Position numbers and translations under genes: made by a program | Origin: Halobacteriales archaeon | GTDB lineage: Archaea; Halobacteriota; Halobacteria; Halobacteriales; Hikarchaeaceae | Assembly: GCA_042219475.1 (NCBI GenBank) | Contig: JBDGPX010000063.1 | Span: 1-56,509, forward strand | Direction of reading: 5' to 3' | Length of the DNA stretch: 56,509 nt | Part shown: positions 38,488-48,078 of the stretch, piece by piece | Numbering within the stretch: the first letter of the stretch is position 1 | How the letters are laid out: every line of letters begins with the position of its first letter | The notes under the pieces: generated by a model | What the model saw: the letters and a program-made list of their open reading frames with translations, nothing else | The model's database searches: none | Told to the model about the DNA's origin: nothing

Positions 38488-39351
38488 TCACTGTTCGTTC
38501 ATCGCTTCGCTGGCGATGTTTCGCCCGCGGGCCTTCAGTGTGACCTCACGACGTTTGCGAACCTCCTCAAGGATATCGAGTTCGATCAGGCGTTCGAAGA
38601 TCGATTCGACCTCCTCGACATCCATACCGACGAAATCAGGAATCTCAAATGGCGAGACGCCGGAGTACAGCGCCATCAGCACCTGTTTTTCATCGGCGTC
38701 GAGTTCGACGCCGGCCTCAGATTGGTGGGCCCCTTTCGCAAGGAGTGACTTGACGATCGCGACGTGGCGGGCCTGTCCGGAGAGATACGTTTCGACACTC
38801 GTCCCTTCTTCGGAGTGTTCGACCTCGAGGATATCCCGCTTGTCATCCATGACCGTCCGTCGATTCTCCTCGATCGAGCCGATATCATCGAGGTCGATTT
38901 GGACGAGTCCCCCGCTAGCCAATACGACGTTGAGCTCACCTTCTTCGACTTTGAGTTGAGCTTTGACCCAGTCAGTATCCTGGACCACGCCACCCTCGAC
39001 GGCCGGATGGCGGGCAAGCACGACCGTCCGATTCAAGAGGGTCTGATAGAGAGTCCACTCGAATTCGGCGTGATCGCTCGGGGCGAGCAAAAAGACGTCA
39101 TCCCCGAACTGCAAGCTGAGATAGTTCGATACTTCGGCGATCATCTGATTGACGTCGTAGCGGCCCTCAAAGCTCTGGAGGTTCTTCAACGGAAGTGCCT
39201 GTTTGCCGTCGTTATCGATCAGGATCAGCCGCTTGTTCGAGAGAATGATCCGACCCTGTTGCCATGAGACATCGGAGAGTTGCCGGCCGCTCTCGACGAC
39301 CTGCAGAAATTTGCCCTGGGTATCGGCGACCTTGTGTTCACCTTCACTCAT
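38488..39351 (-). CDS. cheF: CheF (DUF439) paralogue, last gene of the minus-strand cheB-cheA-cheR-HEAT unit
   Basis: 287 aa with 'QGRIILSNKRLILID', 'DEKQVLMALYSGVSPFEI' and 'LIELDILEE'. Convergent with the other cheF, 50-nt spacer. Confidence 0.8.
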   Translation of the reverse strand: MSEGEHKVADTQGKFLQVVESGRQLSDVSWQQGRIILSNKRLILIDNDGKQALPLKNLQSFEGRYDVNQMIAEVSNYLSLQFGDDVFLLAPSDHAEFEWTLYQTLLNRTVVLARHPAVEGGVVQDTDWVKAQLKVEEGELNVVLASGGLVQIDLDDIGSIEENRRTVMDDKRDILEVEHSEEGTSVETYLSGQARHVAIVKSLLAKGAHQSEAGVELDADEKQVLMALYSGVSPFEIPDFVGMDVEEVESIFERLIELDILEEVRKRREVTLKARGRNIASEAMNEQ

Positions 39352-39426
39352 GCAATCGGGTGGATTGTACTGATGTGTAGCAGGCGATCGTAATTAAAGC
39401 CTAGCAGAGCTGACCAGTCGATGACC

Positions 39427-40662
39427 TCACCGCTGTCCACCGAGCTTCGAGATGGCCGAAAACGCCTGCTTGCGGATCTCTTCCTCGTCGGTCGTATCGA
39501 GCAAATCCTCGATCCGTTCCCTGGACCGATCGCCCCCGACCTTTCCGAGAGTAAAGACCGCTTGGGCCCGGGCATCGACCGACATCGATTCGTCGTCGAT
39601 GACCTCCAACAGTTCCTCCTCAACGATCAGCCCACCGATCTCGACCAGGCTCGTCGCCGCAAATCGGCGGGTGAATTCGTCGTCATCGTCCAGAGCATCG
39701 ATAAGTGCCCGGACGGCTTTCCGGCGGCCAGCATCGGCCGTGATTCGGCCCAACAACCAGGCGGTATTTCGCCGTTGGGGCGCTTGTGAACTCTCCGCAA
39801 GGATCTCGATTAGCGTGTCGATGAGTTCACGATCATCCGTCTCGCTCAGCTGATCGACGGCCTGTTCACGAATATCGTGGCTCCGATCGGCCGGTGCGTT
39901 CGAAAGAAGGTCGATGAGGGCGAACACTGCGGCCCGCCGGACGACAGGACTGGGATCGGAGATGGCGTCAACGAGATCCGGGATCGGTTCAGGGCGGCCG
40001 AGGTTCCCGAGGCCATCGATCGCAATCCGTCGAACCGATTCGTTGCTGTCCTCAAGGAGTTTCCGAAGGGCCGAAACGGCTGTCTCGGATCCGATGGCAC
40101 CGAGAGCTTCGGCGACTTCTCGGCGTACACGAGGGTGATCATCATCCAAATGCTGGATAAGCGATTCGACCGCTCGCGGATCGCCAAGGAGTCCAAGCGA
40201 ACGGGCCGCGCGCTCTCTGACACGGGGATCGGTATCGTTGAGTCGGTCAATCAAGGGCGGCACTGCATTGGCTTCGCCGAGTTCGCCGAGTGCGTTCGCC
40301 GCTGCAATCCGTAATTCCGGAATATCGGCTGAGAGGGCCTTCACGAACGCTTGGACTTTCACCCAGTCAGCACCATCCTCGAAGTCAGTATTGCTCATCC
40401 GGGCGATAAGCTTCTCAACGGCTGCAAGCCCGATCTGGTTGAGCGCATCGATCGCAGCAGCGGTGACAGCGTCATTCGGGTCAGTACTGGCGATCCTGAC
40501 CAGTTCATCGGTGACTTTCGGATCGTCGGCCTCGAGATCGCCCAGCAACTCAGCCGCCCGTTCCCTGAGTTGAGGCTCGTCGCTCTGTTGGAGGTATTCC
40601 AAGATCGTCTCGATGTCACCATCCATGCTGAGTTGGTAGAGCGACACGTCAACCACCTCCAT
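39427..40662 (-). CDS. HEAT/PBS-lyase-repeat protein of the archaeal che cluster (Halobacterium OE2401F-like)
   Basis: Repeated 'D..VR..AA.ALG.LGD..AV..L...L.D' HEAT_PBS units. The start is uncertain: ATG 40662 ('MEVVDVSLYQL') overlaps the cheR end by 14 nt, and ATGs at 40626 and 40716 are also possible. Confidence 0.8.
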   Translation of the reverse strand: MEVVDVSLYQLSMDGDIETILEYLQQSDEPQLRERAAELLGDLEADDPKVTDELVRIASTDPNDAVTAAAIDALNQIGLAAVEKLIARMSNTDFEDGADWVKVQAFVKALSADIPELRIAAANALGELGEANAVPPLIDRLNDTDPRVRERAARSLGLLGDPRAVESLIQHLDDDHPRVRREVAEALGAIGSETAVSALRKLLEDSNESVRRIAIDGLGNLGRPEPIPDLVDAISDPSPVVRRAAVFALIDLLSNAPADRSHDIREQAVDQLSETDDRELIDTLIEILAESSQAPQRRNTAWLLGRITADAGRRKAVRALIDALDDDDEFTRRFAATSLVEIGGLIVEEELLEVIDDESMSVDARAQAVFTLGKVGGDRSRERIEDLLDTTDEEEIRKQAFSAISKLGGQR

Positions 40663-41467
40663 TGCGATAGACCCGGAGGCGCTTGTCGACCGTCTCGAAG
40701 ACATCCCGGTAACCACGGGGCAGGGTCTCGGTCATGCCAATGACCAGATACCCAGCCGGCTGGAGTGAGCCATGCAGCGTCTCGAAGATCGGTTCCTTAT
40801 ATTCCCGATCGATGTAGATGAGGAGGTTGCGACACAATACGAGATCGAAGTCTCGCATCGGATCGCCGTGGATCAGATCGTGTTGTTCGAATGAGATCAA
40901 CCGCTTGACGGCGTCACGGACGGCGAACTGATCGCCGTCCCGGTCGATGTACTGCTCAAACTCATCGAGCGGTTCGAGTTCCTCTTCGATATCCGTCGTC
41001 TGGGTGGTTTCATAAACCCCCTCACGGGCGGCCATGAGAGTCTCGGCATCGATGTCGGTCGCTGTGATGGCGAGGTTACGGTCCTGAATCTTCGGATCGT
41101 CCAGCGCCAACATCCCGATCGAGTATGGTTCCCGACCGTCGGCACATGCCGCGCTCCACACCCGCGTCCGGCCTTCAGCAGTTAGGTGTCGGAGAACCGT
41201 TCGGATCTCGTCCCATACATCGGGATTCCGGAAGAAGCTCGTTACGTTGACACTGAGGAAATCGAGGAGTCGGTCCTCCTCGGATTCATCCGAGCGGAGC
41301 ACATCGAGGTACTCCGCATAATCATCGGCACCCACCCGCCGAACCCGTGCGTCGATCCGGCGATCGAGGTAGGCGTCGTTGTAATAATCGGTTGCGAATT
41401 GCTCCTTGTCGGCGAGATGATCCTTGATTGCGGCTTTCGCGGACAGTTCGGTGTCGTTGTCGGGCAT
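40649..41467 (-). CDS. cheR: Chemotaxis protein methyltransferase CheR
   Basis: 272 aa with 'VNVTSFFRNPDVW', 'VWSAACADGREPYS' and 'FDLVLCRNLLIY'. Confidence 0.9.
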   Translation of the reverse strand: MPDNDTELSAKAAIKDHLADKEQFATDYYNDAYLDRRIDARVRRVGADDYAEYLDVLRSDESEEDRLLDFLSVNVTSFFRNPDVWDEIRTVLRHLTAEGRTRVWSAACADGREPYSIGMLALDDPKIQDRNLAITATDIDAETLMAAREGVYETTQTTDIEEELEPLDEFEQYIDRDGDQFAVRDAVKRLISFEQHDLIHGDPMRDFDLVLCRNLLIYIDREYKEPIFETLHGSLQPAGYLVIGMTETLPRGYRDVFETVDKRLRVYRNGGG

Positions 41468-41503
41468 ATTCGGATGGATTGGGATTCAGTCTGTCACGGG
41501 TAC

Positions 41504-43636
41504 CTACGAAGGTGGTATCGAATTCGTCTTTGGGCCAAGGGTTTCGACATCAAGGATCGGCACAACATCACCGTCGCCGAGAACGGCGGTGCCGCCTAGC
41601 CCGGGTGTCTCACGTAGGACCCCCTCAAGCGGCTTGACGACGACCTCCTCCTGGTTCTCAACGGCGTCACATTCCAAGGCGACCAAACGTTCGTTCTCCC
41701 GAATCCGGATCAGCATCCGCTCGTCATCGGGCATGGTGGTCCCACCGTCGGTCGCCTCCTGGACAGTCAACGCCTCTCCGAGATCGATAATCGGATAGAT
41801 TTCGTCGTCATGTTCGTGAACTTCGGTGCCGTTGATCGTTCGGATATTCTGCCGGCTCATGATCTCGTCGATACTCTTAATGGGGATACCGTACTCCCGG
41901 CCGTTCGACCGGACGAATAGCACTTTCACGATCGCCACCGTCACCGGGAGCTTCAGTGTAACGACCGTCCCCTCACCGGGTTCGCTGTCGACGGTATAGG
42001 AACCATCGAGCTGGGAGACCGTCTCTTGGACGACGTCCATTCCGACGCCGCGGCCACTCACGTCAGTGACTTCATCGGCAGTCGAGAAACCCGGATGGAA
42101 GATCAACGGATAGATCTCTTCGTCGTCCATGTCCTCGATCTCCTCGGGGGTTTTGATCCCCTCATCAATGGCCTGTTCAGCGATTTCGTCGACCTCTAAA
42201 CCACGGCCATCGTCTTCGATTTCGACGGTCACGTGATCGCGCTCGCGTTGGGCCCGCAGTTCGATCGTGCCCGTCTTTGGCTTGCCGTTGGCCTCGCGCT
42301 CGGCTGGCGGCTCGATCCCGTGGTCGACCGCGTTGCGAAGGATATGCATCAACGGGTCGGACAGTTCGGTAAGGATCGTTCGATCGAGTTCGACATCTTG
42401 GCCGGACATCTCGAAATCGATCTGTTTGTCCTGTTCGCGAGCAAGGTCGCGAACCAACCGCGGGAACTTCCCGACGACTTTCTTCAGAGGAATCAGCCGC
42501 ATGTCCATGACCGTATCTTGCAGGCTGGAGGTGATCTTATCCAGCTCATCGAGGTTGTCGAGTGCCCCGTCGCGATCGCCGTCGGTCACTGCACGGCGGA
42601 GCTTGATCCGGCTCGTCACTAGCTGTTCAACCAACCCATGGAGCACGTCAAGCTGATCGACATCGACCCGCACCGATTGGATCTCATCGCCACTCGTTTC
42701 CACGGCTGTCGAATCGGCAGTATCGAGCGATCCGGAATCAGCTGGTTCCGATCGAGTTTCGTCTGATGCATCCACTTGTTCGGCGGTGTCGGCCGCAACA
42801 TCCGGTTTGTCGGCGGCCGAGTCATCGGGATCGGACGATGAGTCGGTTGAGTGATCCTCCAGCTCCATCGTTTCGGCGGACGTATCGAGCGGTGTGACAG
42901 CGACGGAGTCGGTCGCGGTGTTCGCGGATAATCCGTCAATCAGAGTATCGGGATCGACATCAGCAACGAGGAACTCGAACGATCCATCATAGTCGCCATC
43001 CTCGATATCTTCCCGGTCCGGGAGACATCCGACCAACGTGCCGTCCTGTTCGGCGGCTTCAAGGACGAACATCGCGTCGACGCCGAGCATCTCGGAGTCG
43101 CTCATTTCAACGTCGACGTGGACAAGTCTGTCGTAGTCGGTCGCCATCACATCGGCATCGACCAGGAGATCTGATTCCGGTTGGGATGACGTGGTCGACG
43201 CCGATTCTGACTCCTCCCCATCGGACGACCCAGAGTCGACGGAGTCACCGACGACTTCCCCGTCCTCAATAACACCTCTGATCTCGGATTCGATGTCGCT
43301 TGGGTCGACTGACGGCTCTCCGTGTGCATCGATCTCGTCGACGATTGCTTCGATGAGATCGACACCCTCAAAGATCAGATCCATGATCGAGGGCGTCACA
43401 TCGATCTCGCCGTCCCGGATCTCATCGAGGAGGTCCTCGATTGCGTGTGCTAATTCGCTGGCCGCATCGAACCCCATCGCCCCGAAGTTGCCTTTGAGGG
43501 TGTGAGCGGTCCGGAAGATCTGCTCCATCGCTTCCTGATCGTCCGGGTTCGATTCCAACGACAACAGCGAGTTGTTCAGCTTCGTGATCTCCTCGCGACT
43601 CTCCTGGATGAACGCATCGAGGTAGTCGTCACTCAT
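41504..43636 (-). CDS. cheA: Chemotaxis histidine kinase CheA
   Basis: 710 aa. Hpt 'RTAHTLKGNFGAMG', acidic linkers flanking a P2-like module, dimerisation and HATPase regions ('LMHILRNAVDHGIE', 'DDGRGL', 'SGRGVGMDVV'), C-terminal CheW-like domain. Confidence 0.95.
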   Translation of the reverse strand: MSDDYLDAFIQESREEITKLNNSLLSLESNPDDQEAMEQIFRTAHTLKGNFGAMGFDAASELAHAIEDLLDEIRDGEIDVTPSIMDLIFEGVDLIEAIVDEIDAHGEPSVDPSDIESEIRGVIEDGEVVGDSVDSGSSDGEESESASTTSSQPESDLLVDADVMATDYDRLVHVDVEMSDSEMLGVDAMFVLEAAEQDGTLVGCLPDREDIEDGDYDGSFEFLVADVDPDTLIDGLSANTATDSVAVTPLDTSAETMELEDHSTDSSSDPDDSAADKPDVAADTAEQVDASDETRSEPADSGSLDTADSTAVETSGDEIQSVRVDVDQLDVLHGLVEQLVTSRIKLRRAVTDGDRDGALDNLDELDKITSSLQDTVMDMRLIPLKKVVGKFPRLVRDLAREQDKQIDFEMSGQDVELDRTILTELSDPLMHILRNAVDHGIEPPAEREANGKPKTGTIELRAQRERDHVTVEIEDDGRGLEVDEIAEQAIDEGIKTPEEIEDMDDEEIYPLIFHPGFSTADEVTDVSGRGVGMDVVQETVSQLDGSYTVDSEPGEGTVVTLKLPVTVAIVKVLFVRSNGREYGIPIKSIDEIMSRQNIRTINGTEVHEHDDEIYPIIDLGEALTVQEATDGGTTMPDDERMLIRIRENERLVALECDAVENQEEVVVKPLEGVLRETPGLGGTAVLGDGDVVPILDVETLGPKTNSIPPS

Positions 43637-44700
43637 CGTGAGGGTACCTCCGTTCGAAGGGTATCGACGATCGCTGCCGGGATCCGATCGACCGGTAACA
43701 CCGACTCGACACAGCCGGTTTCGATCGCCCGCTGTGGCATGCCGAAGACGGCAGCAGAGTTCTCGTTCTGGACGATCGTATGCCCGCCCGCCCGGGCGAT
43801 CGCCTCCATACCGACGGCGCCGTCACGGCCCATCCCGGTCAGGATGACACCGATCGTCGGATCGGTAATCGTTTGGGCAGCCGTCTCCATGGTGACGTCG
43901 ACCGCAGGTCGGACGCCGTTTCGCGGTTCGTCTTTCGAGAGCTTCACTCGAAGGCGACCGTTGTGGTAGCCGACGACCCTTAGATGGTGGCCTCCCTTGG
44001 CGACCAACGCCTCGCCGTCACCGATCCGCTCGCCGTCACTTGCTTCCCGGACTTCGTAATCGCTGGTACGATCGAGCCGATCAGCGAACCGGCCGGTGAA
44101 CCCGTCGGGCATGTGCTGAACGACCAGAATCCGGGCACCTAGAGATGGGGGAAGATCCCTTAGGATCTGTTCAACGACGTTCGGACCACCGGTCGAAGCC
44201 CCGATAACGACTGTCGGGTTGGTGACGAACTCCGCAGCATCGGCGGTGGCGACCGAGTCGGCGGATCTGTCCGTCGATTGCTGCGATCCCACATCCGCCA
44301 TCGCAACCGACGTTGCCTTCTCCAATAATTGGTCTTCGAGTGACTGGATGCCGGTCGAGACTTCACCGCCCGGTTTGGTAAAGAAATCAACGGCTCCGCG
44401 ATCCAACGCCTCAAAGGTGACATCCGCATCCTCGTTGGTGTGGGCGCTCAGCATCAGGATCGGAGTCGGCGCTGTCTCCATGATCCGTTCGACCGCCTCA
44501 ATCCCATCCATCTCCGGCATCTCGAGGTCCATCGTCACGAGATCCGGCGTCGTTTCAGCGACCGTCGACACCGCATCCCGACCATCCCGTGCGGTAGCGA
44601 TGACTTCGAAGTCACCGCGCTCAAGGATGTCGCTGAGGACGGTTCGCATGAACTGGGAATCATCGACGACGACTGCCTCGTAGGGGCTGTTTCGACTCAT
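43633..44700 (-). CDS. cheB: Chemotaxis methylesterase/deamidase CheB
   Basis: Start at ATG 44700 ('MSRNSPYEAVVVDDSQFMR'). The receiver domain is followed by an esterase domain with 'GASTGGP', 'VVQHMP' and 'GMGRDGA'. ATGA overlap with the cheA start. The ORF's 71-codon upstream extension is non-protein-like. Confidence 0.9.
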   Translation of the reverse strand: MSRNSPYEAVVVDDSQFMRTVLSDILERGDFEVIATARDGRDAVSTVAETTPDLVTMDLEMPEMDGIEAVERIMETAPTPILMLSAHTNEDADVTFEALDRGAVDFFTKPGGEVSTGIQSLEDQLLEKATSVAMADVGSQQSTDRSADSVATADAAEFVTNPTVVIGASTGGPNVVEQILRDLPPSLGARILVVQHMPDGFTGRFADRLDRTSDYEVREASDGERIGDGEALVAKGGHHLRVVGYHNGRLRVKLSKDEPRNGVRPAVDVTMETAAQTITDPTIGVILTGMGRDGAVGMEAIARAGGHTIVQNENSAAVFGMPQRAIETGCVESVLPVDRIPAAIVDTLRTEVPSR

Positions 44701-44903
44701 CGTTCCGAGCAGGGGATGGTTGACTGGCCAGCAAAGCCGTCGATCGCGGTATTCGGTAGCTGCTCCCGTGTCAGCGATCGTCGCAATGTAGATACAGGAC
44801 GAGTAACTGACAATTGGTGTGGCGACCGGTCGACAGGGTAGAGAGATCGCTCCATACGCACTTACACGAGACAATCGAAAACGGAGAGATAAATCCTCGG
44901 ACC

Positions 44904-44923
44904 ACATATTCACTCGTGATAAC
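44904..44923. repeat. Direct repeat copy 1: ACATATTCACTCGTGATAAC
   Basis: Read directly. It matches 45024-45043 at 19 of 20 positions and lies in the cheB/cheW divergent intergenic region. Confidence 0.6.
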
Positions 44924-45023
44924 CAACCGTTTCACTGATGAAACCGCGACTATTCACTATGTCATTATATATATACATCAATGAATAGATGATACTTTCG
45001 AAACTGTCGTCTGTCGGATTCAA

Positions 45024-45043
45024 ACATATTCACTCCTGATAAC
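45024..45043. repeat. Direct repeat copy 2: ACATATTCACTCCTGATAAC
   Basis: Read directly, 120 nt downstream of copy 1. A TTCACT core also occurs at 44931 and 44953. Confidence 0.6.
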
Positions 45044-45171
45044 TGGGTGCGGACTTTTTTATCCGGACAGCCGTGACCTCTGTGTAGCGACGACGACCGC
45101 GACCCCGGATGAAGCGATCGGCTCACAGCCTATCCATTGGGGGTCGTGAACTGAAAACCCACAGATCAATC

Positions 45172-45189
45172 ACAGATCCCACGATCTGT
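45172..45189 (+). promoter_or_regulatory. Hairpin ACAGATC-CCAC-GATCTGT 8 nt upstream of the cheW ATG
   Basis: Perfect 7-bp inverted repeat read directly. 'CACAGATC' is also duplicated at 45160-45167 and 45171-45178. Confidence 0.4.
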
Positions 45190-45197
45190 TCGCCATC

Positions 45198-45650
45198 ATG
45201 AGCGAAACTGGAGTATCAAATATGGCAGAAACGGCGCACAAAGGCGTACAAGTGTTAGAATTCCGGCTCGGTGAAGAGACGTATAGTATCGACATCGATT
45301 ACGTGGCCGAAATCGTCGATATGGGCGATCTCACCGAGATCCCAAACTCACCAGCTCACGTCGAAGGAGTGATGGATTTACGCGGGCGGACGACATCGAT
45401 CATCAATCCGAAGACAATCCTTAACATCTCGGATGGCACCACGGGCGATCGTATCGTTGTGTTCGATCCGGATCACACCGGCGATCAAGGCGCGATCGGC
45501 TGGATCGTCGACGATGTCTATCAGGTGGTTGAGGTCGATCATGCCGATGTTGATGACCCATCGGTGGCTGATGAGGAGGCCGTCAAGGGCGTCATCAAGA
45601 AAGACGACGAGTTCGTCGTCTGGCTCGATCCGGATACACTCCATCGCTGA
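45198..45650 (+). CDS. cheW: Chemotaxis coupling protein CheW
   Basis: 150 aa with 'VLEFRLGEETYSIDIDYVAEIV', 'VEGVMDLRGRTTSIINP' and 'IGWIVDDV'. An alternative ATG lies at 45222. Confidence 0.9.
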   Translation: MSETGVSNMAETAHKGVQVLEFRLGEETYSIDIDYVAEIVDMGDLTEIPNSPAHVEGVMDLRGRTTSIINPKTILNISDGTTGDRIVVFDPDHTGDQGAIGWIVDDVYQVVEVDHADVDDPSVADEEAVKGVIKKDDEFVVWLDPDTLHR

Positions 45651-45780
45651 GTCAGTTTTGCCCGTATTATGACATAACGGTCAGTCGATTATAAGTGGCT
45701 CTACGGCCCGATATTATCATCGATGAAATTTTGGACCCAGTCTTCATAAGGAATTTTGACAAATCTAAGATATCTCAATC

Positions 45781-48075
45781 ATGACCCAGGTCGCTGGAGC
45801 TTGGCTTCGCGGCAGTTATGCGGCCAAGCTGATCGTTGCACTAATCGCGGTCTCGGCCGTTGTCGTCGGATACGGGACCGCGACCCATCTCGAGACATCC
45901 GCACAGGTTCGTGAAGACGTCAGACAGGACCTCCAGTCGGACGCACAGCTCCAAGCCAGCGAGTTCGACACATGGCTGGATTCGGTCCGAACACAGGCCG
46001 CCACCACATCGGATCACCCGGTGTTTGCCAGCGGCGATACAGACCGAATCCAGTCCCGACTCAAGGAGATGGTCGCCAACGACCACGTCCCGGAGGGTGT
46101 CGTTGCAATCCATTATCTCGATGGCCAATCGATGGTGATTGAAACCAGCTCGGCCGATTCGATGGTCGGAGTGAGTCCGAAAAAACAGGGTGCCGCCTTC
46201 GCCGAGAATCCGCCGAATTTCGACGGGCCGGATGACACGTATGTCAGTCGCCCCTTCCGGGTGCCGGCGGTGGATTTCCCGGTAGTCGCTGTTATTTCGC
46301 CGATCGAGGGCGCCGATCACAAGGCGATCGTCTATATGGTCAATATCGGCAAGCGAACCGAAGCGCTCGGCCAGTCGGGCGAGCAAAGCACGGTCATCGT
46401 CAACAGTAACGGGCGATACATTGCCCATCCGAATCCCGAAAAGATCGGGACAATCCACAAAGGCGGCGCCGATCTCCCGGCAATCCAGCAAGCACTGAAC
46501 GGCGAGACTGGAGTCATGGAGATGGACAATGCCGGTACTGAGCAGTTGATGGGCTACACCGGCCTTCAGAGCAAAGATTGGGTCGTCATGGTTCACGTTC
46601 CGAAACAGGAGGCATTCGCCATCGGATCCTCGATCCTTTCGGGGATCGTCGGATTGATCTTCGTGGCGATGACCAGTATTGCGGTCGTTGGCGTCACGGT
46701 CGGAAGTAACACCTTGATCGCCCTCAAGCAGCTCTCCTCAAAAGCCAGACAGATGGCAAACGGTGATCTCGATGTCGATCTGACCACTGGTCGTCGAGAT
46801 GAGTTCGGGACTCTGTATGCCTCCTTTGCGGACCTCCGTGACTCCCTCCGTGAGAAGATCACGGAAGTCGAAGCCGAACGCCAGGAGGCTGAGGCTGCCC
46901 GGGAAGAGGCAGAGGAGATGCGCAACCAACTCGAAGAGAAGGCCGAAGAGTACCGTGCCGAGATGCAGGCGATCGCGGACGGCGATCTCTCCCGACGCCT
47001 TGATCCCGACAGTGCGAACCAAGCCATGGCCGAAATCGGTGAGGAGTTCAACGAGATGATCGCCGACATCGAATTGACGTTGGCCCGCCTTGAGGAATTC
47101 GCTTTAGACGTCGCCACGGCCGCTGAGGAGGTCGAAGGCAGCGCAACCGAAGTCAAAAGCGCCAGTCGTGAAGTGACTGAAGCGGTTCAAGAGATTTCCG
47201 ACGGGGCGACCCGTCAGGACACCCGGTTACAGGACATTTCCGGGGAGATGAGCGACTTCTCGGCGAGTGCCGAGGAGATCGCCGCGACCGTTGACTCGAT
47301 CGCGGAGACCTCCAATGAGGCCGCGGCGGCCGGTGAGTCCGGACGCGAGGCGGCCGAGACGGCCATCGACGAGATCAATCAAGTGGAAGCGGAGACACTC
47401 GCAACGGTCGAGGAAATCCAGGAGCTCGATGCGGAGATGAACGAGATTGGCGAGATCGTCGAGGTTATCCGTGACATCGCCGAGCAGACGAACATCCTGG
47501 CACTGAACGCGTCGATCGAGGCCGCCCGATCCAACGACCAGAACAGCGACGGATTCAGTGTGGTCGCCGACGAGGTGAAATCACTTGCCGAGGAAACCAA
47601 AGAATCCGCCGAAGAGATCGAAGAGCGGATCGAACGACTCCAAGAACAGACCGGGAAGACTGTCGAGGATATCCAACAGACGAGCAAGCGGGTCGAGACC
47701 GGCGTCGGGACCGTCGAGAACGCCCTACAAGAGCTGGAACGCATCGTCGATCGGGTCGAGGACGTCGATAGTGCGATCCAAGAGATCAACGACGCGACCG
47801 GCGAACAGGCCGATTCACTCCAGCGGGTGTCAGCGATGATCGACGAAGTTGCCGACATCAGCAACGAGACGGTCGAGGAGGCTGAAGGCGCCGCCGCCGC
47901 GACGCAGCAACAGACGGCGTCGATCGACGAAGTGACCGACGAAGTTTCGGCACTTGCCGAACAGGCGGACTCGCTTCGGGAGTTGCTCCGACAGTTCACG
48001 ATCGACCAGGAGTCGGATGAACAGATCAATCCCACTGACACAACGCCAATGAATGCCCCAATTACGGAGGACTAA
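45781..48075 (+). CDS. htrII: Methyl-accepting transducer (HtrII-like): TM1, ~250-aa extracellular Cache-like domain, TM2, HAMP, MCP signalling domain
   Basis: 764 aa. TM1 is about aa 15-33 and TM2 about aa 283-307. The MCP hairpin tip is the conserved 'IAEQTNILALNASIEAAR'. The stop is 3 nt before the rhodopsin gene. Confidence 0.9.
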   Translation: MTQVAGAWLRGSYAAKLIVALIAVSAVVVGYGTATHLETSAQVREDVRQDLQSDAQLQASEFDTWLDSVRTQAATTSDHPVFASGDTDRIQSRLKEMVANDHVPEGVVAIHYLDGQSMVIETSSADSMVGVSPKKQGAAFAENPPNFDGPDDTYVSRPFRVPAVDFPVVAVISPIEGADHKAIVYMVNIGKRTEALGQSGEQSTVIVNSNGRYIAHPNPEKIGTIHKGGADLPAIQQALNGETGVMEMDNAGTEQLMGYTGLQSKDWVVMVHVPKQEAFAIGSSILSGIVGLIFVAMTSIAVVGVTVGSNTLIALKQLSSKARQMANGDLDVDLTTGRRDEFGTLYASFADLRDSLREKITEVEAERQEAEAAREEAEEMRNQLEEKAEEYRAEMQAIADGDLSRRLDPDSANQAMAEIGEEFNEMIADIELTLARLEEFALDVATAAEEVEGSATEVKSASREVTEAVQEISDGATRQDTRLQDISGEMSDFSASAEEIAATVDSIAETSNEAAAAGESGREAAETAIDEINQVEAETLATVEEIQELDAEMNEIGEIVEVIRDIAEQTNILALNASIEAARSNDQNSDGFSVVADEVKSLAEETKESAEEIEERIERLQEQTGKTVEDIQQTSKRVETGVGTVENALQELERIVDRVEDVDSAIQEINDATGEQADSLQRVSAMIDEVADISNETVEEAEGAAAATQQQTASIDEVTDEVSALAEQADSLRELLRQFTIDQESDEQINPTDTTPMNAPITED

Positions 48076-48078
48076 TCC

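Noticed and set aside
44701-44913. 71-codon N-terminal extension of the cheB ORF (start at 44913)
   Set aside because: The extension ('MNMWSEDLSLRFRLSRVSAYG...') is not receiver-like. The canonical CheB N-terminus 'MSRNSPYEAVVVDDSQFMR' begins at 44700, and the extension would run into the AT-rich promoter and repeat region.
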